Positions 39,594 through 50,302 of a DNA stretch of 64,000 nucleotides are shown one piece after another (position 1 is the stretch's first letter; every line of letters starts with the position of its first letter). The notes under the pieces are model-generated. The model had not been told where the DNA came from. It saw nothing but the letters and a program-made list of their open reading frames with translations, and did no database searches. The DNA is from Phoronis australis (lineage: Eukaryota; Animalia; Phoronida). The stretch covers positions 1,929,366 to 1,993,365 of the forward strand of contig NMRA01000009.1 in the NCBI GenBank assembly GCA_002633005.1, read 5' to 3'. The translations under genes and the position numbers were made by a program.

Positions 39594-40846
39594 TTTACTC
39601 TGCGCGTGTAAGCGCAGAGTACTGTTGTTCCTGGGTTTTCTTCAATTTTATTCTTATTCTTATTCTTAATCTTATTCTTCTTCCGACCAACTTTGAGGCT
39701 TAATAACTCCAAATTGGGTGCAGGTACGGTCTTTAAATTCAGCATATGACTTTTTACAGTATATAAATTTTGATTGGTTATATAATCATATTCCATATTG
39801 CACCGGAAGAGGTCGTTTGGTGCAAAGGTCATAAAATTTTCAAAATGGTCTTCTTCCTTCAGTATTAAAGCTATCTTTTTCAAATTCGGCGTACAGGTAT
39901 AAGTCAACATGACAATTTAAAAAATTACTTGTATAAGTAATCGGGTCATCCAATCAGGTGAAATAGGTCAAATGTCATAAGGTGCAAACTAAAATTTTGA
40001 GCTAGACACTTCAAATTGACATGTCTGATTGCCACAGGTAAATCAAATCGGAATCCAAAGGTTCAGGTCATTTAGTGCAAACATGGGGTCATTAGGTGAA
40101 TTTTTCTTCTGAAAATTTGATCTTTTCAATCAGCAAGTATTCTGATGTGTCAACCGTTAGACAACTGTGATTCTCAACATTAAACACATTTTCCATGGAC
40201 TTTGCAATAATTCTCCTAAAGATGCTTAAAATGCACCGGATAAGGTCAATTAGTGCAAAGGTCATGTAACGTTCAAAATGTTATATCTCTTACGTTTTTC
40301 AAGGAATTCTTTTCAATTTCAGCACACTGGTGTAAGTCAACATGCCAATTAAATACCCTACTTTACTTCGCAATAGGCCTAACCAACCAGAAAAAATAGG
40401 TCGAAGGCCATTGAGTGCAGACTAAAATTTTGAGCTAGAGTTTTCAGAATTAGTATCTGTTTACTAAGTGCGATTGAGTATGAATTCTAAATTTTCAGGT
40501 CATTTGGTGCACCCATGTGGTCATTAGGTGCATTTTTCTTCTGAAAGATTGACCACTTCATTCATCTTGTATTCTGAAGTGCTTAAAGTAAAACATCTGT
40601 GATTATTAGCATCAACCACACTTTTAATCGAGTTAACAATGACTCCCTCATCGGGGCTCACAATGCACCGGAAGAGGTCAATTAGTGGAAAGGTCATCAA
40701 AAATTAATATGTAATTTCTCCTACAATTTTAAAGAATTCCTTTTCATATTGGTAAACGGGTTGCTGTCAGTAACTTCCTATAATAATTCTAGTAATACGC
40801 ACTCGCAGAGTCCGTTATTGTCACGGCGTGACAATAATCTTTCTAG
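39594..40846 (+). mobile_element. Non-autonomous Helentron/Helitron2 (HINE/DINE-1-like) element, copy 1
   Basis: 5' TT plus hairpin actctgcgc(gtgtaa)gcgcagagt, then a (TTCTTA/TTC)n microsatellite and internal ~432-bp tandem repeats. 3' subterminal IR 'cgcagagt', perfect stem ttattgtcac(ggc)gtgacaataa, terminal CTAG then TTT. No TSD. Confidence 0.8.
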
Positions 40847-40938
40847 TTTGCTCTTGCAGTTACAGCTTCTACCAGGTCACCTTTGTATTTTTGGCTAAGC
40901 TTTCCTGTGATTGGAAGCTTCGTTATCATATTTCATCA

Positions 40939-42191
40939 TTACTCTGCGCGTGCAAGCGCAGAGTACTGTTGTTCCTGGGTTTTATTCAATTTTATTCTTA
41001 TTCTCCTTATTCTTCTTATTCTTCTTATTCTTCTTCCGACCAACTATGAGGCTTAATAACTCCGAATTGGGTGCAAGTACGGTCTTTAAATTCAGCATAT
41101 GACTTTTGACAGTATATAAATTTGGATTGGTTATACAATCATATTCCATATTGCACCGGAAGAGGTCTATTGGTACAAAGGTCATATCATTTTCAAAATG
41201 CTACTCCTCCTCCAGTTTTAAAACTATCTTTTTCAAATTCGGTGCACAGGTATAAGTCAACATGGCAATTAAAAAAATTACTTATCTAAGTAATCGGGTC
41301 ATCCAATCAGGTGAAATAGGTCAAAGGTCATTATGTGCAAACTAAAGTTTGAGCTAGACTCTTCAAATTGACATGTCTGAGTGACACAGGTAAATCAAAT
41401 CGGAATCCAAAGTTTCAGGTCATTTAGTGCAAACATGGGGTCATTAGGTGCATTTTTCTACTGAAAATTTGAACTTTTCAATCAGCAAGTATTCTGATGT
41501 GTCAACCGTTAGACAACTGTTATTCTCAGCGTTAAACACATTTTCCATGGGCTTTGCAATAATTCTCCTAAAGATGCTTAAAATGCACCGGATAAGGTCA
41601 ATTAGTGCAAAGGTCATGTAACTTATAAAATGTTATATCTGTTACGTTTTCCAAGGAATTCTTTTCAATTTCAGCACACTTGGGTAAGTCAACATGCCAA
41701 TTGAATACCCTATTTTACTTCGCAATAGACCTGACCAATCAGAAAAAAATAGGTCAAAGGTCATTGAGTGCAAACTAAAATTTTGACCTAGAGGCTTCAA
41801 AATTACATATCTGTTCACTAAGTGCGATTGAGTTTGAATTCTAAATTTTCAGGTCATTTGGTGCACCCATGAGGTCATTAGGTGCATTTTTCTTCTGAAA
41901 GTTTAACCAACTCATTCATCTTGTATTCTAAAGTGCTTAAAGTAAAACATCTGTGATTTTTAGCATTAACCACACTTTTAATTGAGTTAGCAATTACTCC
42001 CTCATTGCGGCTCATAATGCACTGGAAGAGGTCAATTAGTGCAAAGGTCATCAAAAAATTAATATGTAATTTCTCTTTCAATTTTAAAGAATTCCTTTTC
42101 ATATTGATAAACGGGTTGCTGTCAGTAACTTCCCATAACAATTCCAGTAATACGCACGCGCAGAGTCCATTATTGTCAATAATCTTTCCAG
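40939..42191 (+). mobile_element. Non-autonomous Helentron/Helitron2 (HINE-like) element, copy 2
   Basis: Same structure as copy 1 but diverged throughout. The 3' hairpin has collapsed to ttattgtcaataa and the terminus is CCAG. Confidence 0.8.
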
Positions 42192-42623
42192 TTGTGTTTG
42201 TTGTTATACACCTGCCATTTGCCATCTCATTTTACAATCGGCACGCAATGTTTGAACGAGAGCTTTGGCGCTATAACTGACACCTCTACTCGACTTTTTG
42301 ATTTATGCTAAGTACGGTTGACGTAGTTGGTCAGTTAGATGTGGACTCGCCAGAGGCCGATGTTATCATTATTATGCATCTGTGTTATGTCCTCATGGTA
42401 TCGCTTTTATTGTTAAATTTTCTTATTGGAGTAGTGAGCAATGTCGTCTCGCGGATATCTGCCCATGAAAAAAGGTGATCTTACCGAATAGGTTGTCAGT
42501 AATGCTGTCATTAGATAAGCTTCAAATCGCACGATAACTACCTATTTTACGGGGAAACAGAGTTCCGGGTTTAGTGACCTAGAACAACAGACTGTATATA
42601 AGTTTTATCTGGAAAATCGAACT

Positions 42624-43840
42624 TACAAAGTCCGAATTGAGGGTGTCTTATCACCTTCATCAACGCCAGGTTTCGTAAATGCTGGAGTACCACAGGGTAG
42701 CGTACTAGGCCCCTTACTCTTTTTACTGTACATCAATGATCTTCCAGACACGATAAGCTCTAAAACATTCTTATATGCTGATGACACTGCAATATTCCAC
42801 CCATTCTCAAAAGAGCATCCCCATGACTCCTTACAATTGCAAACTGACCTTAACAAACTCTATGACTGGTCTCACAAATGGAAGATGAAATTTAAACCTG
42901 AAAAAAGTGTTGATCTTATATTTTCTAAGTCTAATAATACTCATTTCCAAACAAATCCAACACTGGAATTATCACTCAATGGGGAAGTTATCCCCAATAA
43001 GTTCACGNNNNNNNNNNNNNNNNNNNNNNNNNNNNNNNNNNNNNNNNNNNNNNNNNNNNNNNNNNNNNNNNNNNNNNNNNNNNNNNNNNNNNNNNNNNNN
43101 NNNNNNNNNNNNNNNNNNNNNNNNNNNNNNNNNNNNNNNNNNNNNNNNNNNNNNNNNNNNNNNNNNNNNNNNNNNNNNNNNNNNNNNNNNNNNNNNNNNN
43201 NNNNNNNNNNNNNNNNNNNNNNNNNNNNNNNNNNNNNNNNNNNNNNNNNNNNNNNNNNNNNNNNNNNNNNNNNNNNNNNNNNNNNNNNNNNNNNNNNNNN
43301 NNNNNNNNNNNNNNNNNNNNNNNNNNNNNNNNNNNNNNNNNNNNNNNNNNNNNNNNNNNNNNNNNNNNNNNNNNNNNNNNNNNNNNNNNNNNNNNNNNNN
43401 NNNNNNNNNNNNNNNNNNNNNNNNNNNNNNNNNNNNNNNNNNNNNNNNNNNNNNNNNNNNNNNNNNNNNNNNNNNNNNNNNNNNNNNNNNNNNNNNNNNN
43501 NNNNNNNNNNNNNNNNNNNNNNNNNNNNNNNNNNNNNNNNNNNNNNNNNACTTAACTCAAACGAAAATATGGTTTTATTTGAAATAGTATCAGAATTTCT
43601 TTATAACATTAAATCTCTTTGTGTGAGTGGATAGAATTTTATACATCTGTATGAAAATAAATTATTTTCATTCGTTGTCATATATCATTGTATTCTTAAC
43701 ATCAGTTTTTTTATTTATGTATTTGTATATAATCATTGTATATAGACTTCTTTGTATTTTTTTTACCCAGATCTAATGCCTCTTGGCGCTTTCTGGGTTA
43801 TGTATATTCATTGTATTCTGAACATTAAAAATAAAAAAAG
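42624..43840 (+). mobile_element. 5'-truncated CR1-type LINE (RT domain), spanning an assembly gap
   Basis: VNAGVPQGSVLGPLLFLLYINDLPDTISSKTFLYADDTA...LQTDLNKLYDWSHKWKMKFKPEKS. 3'UTR with stem 'acccaga...tctgggt' and an A-rich tail. Inserted at the 3' end of the TRP pseudogene. Confidence 0.9.
43008..43549. other. Assembly gap (N run)
   Basis: N run. Confidence 1.
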
Positions 43841-45404
43841 TTGTTTGTTTATGATTGATGGAATGTAGCATTGATAAAATCAGGATATTTTGAGAATTAG
43901 AATTTCGAGGAACAGATTGGTCAACAGTTGTAAACTGACACGGATGCGCACACAATGACAACGCCATCCTTTACAGAGACACCTTCACTTTACTCACCGT
44001 CACAGGGACTAAATCACTTCATTTCCTCTCGACACATATTGTTCAGGTCATTGAAATGATGTTAAAAATCATAATTTGTTTTTCGGGATGGTTGTTAAAC
44101 TTTTAGAGATTTGTCCATTGGACGGTAATTGCCGATGAGTTTGATGGTAGATATCAATTAATTGCTATCGCGGGAAGAGTAATGGTCAGACCAGTTTCTA
44201 TTGGAAAACAACAGTTTATTTCAAAATTTCATTTCAAGATTTCCCAGTTCAGGCATAACTAGGGCCGAAATGTCCTTGGAACCCAGGTTACATCAAGACA
44301 AAATCTCTCGTCCCGGGCCGTCACATGTCACCAGTCTTGCTACTGGTTTAGCAGCCTAATGAAGGAAATATGCGACTGCAATCATTGCTCACAGCTTTTG
44401 AACAAACTACTCGCTTTCCAAAGAATATCAGTACAAAGGCTCGTCCTCAGTGTTTTTCATTTGGTTAGCTTTAGGAACACGCCCGAGTGTCGCCTTTTGT
44501 GTATTCCTGAGGTGACGTAATTCCAATTACGTAACTCGTTGTTTGCAATATCCCATCCTACACCAGGTTGTATACAAATGCATATTTCAGTAGTTTTAAT
44601 CGACCAGGTACTGATTTTAAAACATATCGCCTCACTTATTCTGGCACTAAAATATACAACAGGTGGTAAACGTATACGCTCAGTACGCCAAAATCTTGTT
44701 GATTTCTGTTCAATATATGGCAATCTTGTAGTTTTTTCTAAACGTGTTTCAGCGATAACCTATGTTGAAATAAACATTTGGTTTTAAAGACCGTCCAGTG
44801 TTTGTTATGATACTTGTTTTGTGATAAACCCTTTGTTTTAGTTCTATGGCTCCTAATCACATTTGAAAACACCACAGACCGAATGAAGTTCATTGATTTC
44901 TGTTCAATACATGGTAATCTTGCAGTCTTTTCTAAACTTAATATACTTTGGCAGTAGTGCCGCTCTGTGCAGAGTTCGTAAAAACGATACGACATTGATT
45001 ATTAGGTCTCTTCGATCTTTCCGCATTTCTCGAATTGTCTAAAACTACATGTACATGTACTACTGCACAGATGCCATCCGCACACAGGGAGTATTTTTAG
45101 ACAATACGAGAAATGCAGAAAGAAATTACCTTACAAACAATGTCGTGTTTCTATTCAAAATTAACGAGTATCAACGACAACCTATGAGCTTCGCTCAGTC
45201 ATGTTGAGACATCTATTTGGTGTTAAATCCCCTCCCTTGCCTGTTTTGACTCATGTTTTGTGATTATCAGATCAAGCACATAAAGTTTGAGGCAAGATCG
45301 TGACCTGAAATTTTATGCGCTTAGTTTGAAGAAATAACGAGTTGCCATTTAAATCAGGGCAAGCTGAGACGAATACTGTTATGTATCGGTAAGTGGTCTA
45401 AGTG

Positions 45405-45449
<45 letters not shown>

Positions 45450-45465
45450 GTAATAGTAATAATAA
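45405..45465. repeat. (TAA)n microsatellite
   Basis: Direct observation. Confidence 0.98.
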
Positions 45466-46830
45466 AACCTTGGATGGAAAAGGGTTACAGCCGCTTTAAT
45501 AACCTCATACGTCTTTTTCGTTTGTTAAGCAGTCTTGTTTTGGTTTAAGTAAGAAAACGAGACATCTGACTGTATCTGTATTATATCCTGTACTTCATGA
45601 TATAATTTATGTATTAATGTCACTGTACCTAGACTATTGCGTTCTAATTAGAATTTACTAGTTCAAGTGCTGTACCTTGAACAATAAAACGTTCTATGTC
45701 AGTGTTATTGTTTCAATATATCTTGTTCATTATGGTTGCTCCTCCTATCACTTGTCTACCTTTTAAGTTACAACTTGATAAATGCGCAAGAGAACTCTAT
45801 TTTGCGTACATGAGGGCTACCTTCATTTGTACGGATCATATTTATTAGAACCGCATTTCATCATATTTTGCTGGCTAAAAACGAAAATCTATTTAGTGGG
45901 ATTTTTCAATTAACGAGCGTCTTATATATTTGTGACTTGAAAATAAAGGGAACTTGTAATCTTTAAAAACAACGAATATTGCCTAGTAGTTTTTAAATGG
46001 AAATGCTTCAGAAATACCACTACCATTAACAACTAAAAACCAAATACACACGATCATGCTATTTGCGAAGGTCCACGAAAACACAGGGGAGTTCACTGCA
46101 ATTTATCAGTTTGTAACTTTACTTAGTAAAGTACATGTATGTCCATGTTGAGGTGAGAATGGCTCTGTGAGGAATGCGGTGTCGTAATGTTTAAGTCACT
46201 ATATCAAATTCTCTTGACACAGCGGTAAATCTAATGCGCCAAGTATCGCCTTGAAAGTGGGGATCCAGCTCTATGCAATCCCATTTCTCATCTGAATGAT
46301 ATACAAGTTGAGACCAGTTGTGATAAAGTAGTAAATGGCCGAATCAAATGTTCGTTTATTTGACAAAATGCAGGGTTACCTAAAACATTGATGCAAGGCG
46401 TCGTTACTGAAAAGGCAGTTTTACTGCTCTAAAAACATAAACGATTTATCGATGAAAATTCCGACGGGCGGTGATCAGGCGGCTATTTTTGAGCCTCGCT
46501 GAAGTTTCAATCTGGGTCATAATAAATAGGTCATGCCAAATAGCGTCCCCGGTCAACAAAATCAGCCAAAAATCTAATCCGAGAACGACAACGTTTCATT
46601 ATGGATGCATACAGTATATATACACTGAGAGTTTTAACTTAAAAGGTCCTTACAGGGAATTGCGACCTAATATCAAGTATGTGGTTTTTACCGAGACGGT
46701 CGTCTGCTCGCAGCGTTCAACCAAGGAGTGTAGTAGTATAGGAGAGTTCACTTGTGAGTTCGCTGTTACCGCTACTACTAGCGCCACCAAGTGGTGAACA
46801 AGCTACGGTCAACCAGGAAGCGCCAAAACA

Positions 46831-46928
46831 ATGGGGACGGACGCATTTTGCAGTGCGATAAATTGCATGAATTCATCCACGAAAACCCCAGACGTGTCAT
46901 TTTGTAGGTTTCCTAAGGATCCAGAAAG
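46831..46928 (+). mobile_element. THAP-domain first exon of a DNA transposon (P/hAT-type), truncated at the N join
   Basis: MGTDAFCSAINCMNSSTKTPDVSFCRFPKDPE(R)|gtaagg has the C-x4-C and F.FP.D motifs of THAP, with a donor at the typical position. No second exon is seen before the N at 47003. Confidence 0.7.
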
Positions 46929-48264
46929 GTAAGGATTATCTGTTATTCAATAATATGATACATTGTCTTTCATTTTGTGTGTTCTGTTCACGGTTGTTAG
47001 ACNATTTTTGAGCCTCGCTGAAGTTTCAATCTGGGTCATAATAAATAGGTCATGCCAAATAGCGTCCCCGGTCAACAAAATCAGCCAAACTCTAATCCGA
47101 GAACGACAACGTTTCATTATGGATGCATACAGTATATATACAATGAGAGTTAAGGTCCTCACAGGGAATTGCGACCTAATATCAAGTATGTGGTTTTTAC
47201 CGAGACGGTCGTCTGCTCGCAGCGTTCAACTCTCCGTCGCTGCCGGACTTAGCGTAAAATCTGCTTTTTGGGATACAGTCCTTACCTCAAGTTCAGCAAA
47301 TCAGCACAGTTTCCACTGTTATATTCCAATGCTGTGATCAACATGGGGAAACTGTTTCTGTTACTATTTACAGTCCAAAAGGTAAAACGTGAAAATAGAC
47401 GAAGAAAACTAAGAAATTTATCGAAGCTATAACGACACACTGCCTCTGAGACAACTTGGTTCAGGGAATGCTCCAATTTTTATATTCCCGTACGGATTGT
47501 TTCTGAGTTTCCGACAAACTTTTGATATTATTGAATGGTTCAGTGCTTTTACTTGTATATTTCACAAACTAAAAATTCTGATCAATTTATTAAGAGAAAA
47601 CTTTACTGTTTATTCAACACTCACAGATTGTCTTGTCGAATACAGGAACCGGCTTTTGTACAGTACTTGGCAAACTTATGACGTCGTATAACAGCAAGCT
47701 GGATCACACGGCAACAAGGTCTTGCCACGACGATGCAAATAAGTCCATATATGGGATAAATAGGTTATCCCACATACATAGCAATACTACTGCGATACTG
47801 GGCGGAATGTCCCACATGAAATGAATTCCAGATAGGATATGCCTGTAGTATTCCTATGTAAGCGGGATAACTTATATTTATTTTTACGGTATATGCGCTT
47901 ATTTAGGCCCATGTGCCTACATCTGAAAGACACGATGCTTGTGTCTATAAGCCAAACAAATGTTTCAAGCTGATGCTCTGGTGCACCCTACAATTTAAAA
48001 AAATGTGAGCTACTATTCGGCTCTCGCAATGCGCTGAAGATTCTCAATAAATGATACTGGCTCGCTCGGTACTCCTGGCCTTTTGTGCGTGCGCGCACAG
48101 TAGTTAACATCCAGATCAAGCACTTATTGGAAAATGTTCCCGAGGATAATTAACTCGATGGTTGCCTGCGTGCCGCTAGATGGGGCGGTAGTGCTGGCGC
48201 GTGTACCGCTCCACCTAGTGGCACGCAGGGAACCCGCGAGCGGAGATGTGAGCTCTAGTGCTGG

Positions 48265-50302
48265 AATTGACCTACCGCCAGGATTATGACGGACGGCTTA
48301 ATTGACCAATCAGAACAAAGCATTCTTGGCACAACTTCGTCCGCGTTTCCAAGCCGCTATTTTACCCGACAAACCACACGTAGTCGAGTAAAACTTACTT
48401 TAGTCGATAGATCAAGAAATTGTCCGCTAAGAATGGGGAAACGGTGTTGATATGGCGTGTGTAGCGCCGACAGACGTTATGCTGCTCCAGAATAATATCC
48501 CGTCATTTTTTGGCATGTCCGAAGCCGAAAAATGATGTTGAAAAGCGTAAACTATGGATCAAACTGTACGGCCACACGAGCAGTTGAACTTAGCGATGTT
48601 GCTTGATAACTCGAAGGCTGTAATAAACACAAATATATTAGTTCCAAGATACGCACTTTTCAGCTTGGTGGCTATGGTGAAGGTGCTATCTCAGATTGTG
48701 ACTCCCGAGTTTCCTACGTCTGGCCGCCTTTGTCTCGACACCTGCTGGATCTCAGCATTCTAGCGGTATAGTCCCCGGAAATTGTTGTTTTCAAGGACAT
48801 TTTCATTTTTTTTATTTATTTCAACCTAACAGAGGTACGTTTTTGTTATTCATAAACCCGTAGGCTGGCGTTCAAATGAACTTCTCTCCCGGTCAAAATT
48901 CAGAGATTCGATCTGCACAGGGATCGAGGGCACTGGATTACTGCCGGTAACTCAAAGCCTTGGTCGAGCTGTTGTCACTAAACATAAACTGTTGAATTAC
49001 TTTTTGACGTGTACCTCTAGTATACACTATGTCTGTAGAGTTAGACATAGCTCATTTTGAAGTTGTTCAGACATGATATTTAGATTTATGAAGCTTCAAA
49101 AAAGAAGTTGAGTTATTTTTGTAAATACCCTATTTTTGCAACTACCACACCAGACTTTTGTAACCATACTACGACTTAGTAATTATGCTACCTTCAAAAC
49201 TAAATGAAAGTTACCTTTATGGAATGAAACTACAAAAAAGAAGAACGTAGGCCTAACTTAAATGTCTTAATGGTGCAAACGGACAATTCCATAGGCGGAT
49301 TTAGGAGGGGGGGCAGCCCCCCCGCAAGCAAAATGAAACAGCAAGAGCGTGAAGCGTGAGGAAATATTGAGTTCAGTAACTAGGACCGGTAGCGGAAGAC
49401 GGGGGCTCAGACCCCAGATCCCGGCGGAATCGTGTTCCTGTTTTTTTAGTCCACCGATAGATTTTCTGAACAGAAGGTCCAAAGGTCTGCATCCCAGGCC
49501 CCTGCAACTTTCGGGCCGCCTGTGTACATACAATTGCACTTTGTCCAATTCCACGAGGCAGCATGTTGGACCCCCCTTGTGGTATCCTAGATCCGCCACT
49601 GAGTTCCAGACATTAAATTGACTGACTTAGACACAACCCTAGACCTACCCCGCCGGAGCTAACTGTTTGCCTAGGACGAGATGAATGTGTACATGAGCTA
49701 TGAACCTAATTTTTTGATCAGAATATTTCGTTACAAGATTAGAAAAGCGTAAGCAGGGCTGTCGAGTCGACCTAGTCAGAGACTATAGTGCATGTGTTGT
49801 CTGTAATCTATGACCTACTTTACTCCGGGAGTTCCACCAGTTGTGACCTACTTTTTATTTGGCGAAATTTAGCAGACGACAGAATACAAATATCGGTGAA
49901 TCTTCACTGATTTTATTAGAAAGATCATGAAATCTATGGAATCGTACAGATAATTCGACTTTAAGGTACATACCCAGCTTTACATGAACATATCGTATCA
50001 GTGGCCTTGTCATTTGCCAGGTGAAGGTGGCCCCGAGGCAGAGGGGTTCTTCGGATTTTCGCTGGTTCTTGAGCCATTTTTTCATCGTCATCTTTACAAA
50101 TTCCCATATCATGAACTCACGATTCTCTGTTGAAAAGCATCGCCTCTTGTCTCTGTCGAAGCGTTTTCAAATAGTGCAAAAACACTCATCGATTCCACCA
50201 GGAACGTCGTTTAGCGACAGTGTATTTGCCTCTGACATCTCGTTCGAATGTCGGGTATCACGTGACTTTTCGCATAGGGGCGGAGCTTGCGATAGGTCAA
50301 TT
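48265..50302. mobile_element. Internally deleted ISL2EU/PIF-Harbinger-like DNA transposon with TIRs and two convergent gene stubs
   Basis: TIRs aattgacctaccgc (48265) and gcgataggtcaatt (50289-50302), 13/14 match. Plus strand from 48433: MGKRC*YGVCSADRRY..FLACPKPK..EKRKLWIKL..RPHEQLN (THAP). Minus strand ~50060-49975: NQRKSEEP.CL..ICSCKAG|gtatgt (SWIM-like). Confidence 0.6.
49290..49601. mobile_element. Short hAT-like MITE nested in the ISL2EU-like element
   Basis: Imperfect TIRs cataggcggatttagg / cctagatccgccactg. No clean 8-bp TSD. Confidence 0.6.

Larger units (their letters stand above)
38773..42622 (+). pseudogene. TRPV-like pseudogene, exon C, split into three pieces (38773-~39593, ~40847-40938, 42192-~42622) by two Helentron-like insertions
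   Basis: cgcag|gt gga aac aac (GGNN); VFPEHDESYRSIYKL..LLMSENSDELRPLELASK; SPLHML; WIQVKISELFGLLIFW. Middle piece LYFWLSFPVIGSFVIIF. Last piece LVFVVIHLPFAISFY..YSTF*FMLSTVD..LLNFLIGVVSNVVSRIS..NRLSV..LDKLQI..RVPGLV.*NNRLYIS. Multiple stops and deletions. Confidence 0.92.

Noticed and set aside
39594-42191. Simple segmental tandem duplication or CRISPR-like array
   Set aside because: A unique TRP exon piece separates two complete elements. The repeats are long and degenerate, with no repeat-spacer structure, in a eukaryotic context.
42837-43634. 265-aa and 226-aa ORFs
   Set aside because: LINE RT fragment plus N gap; not a host gene.
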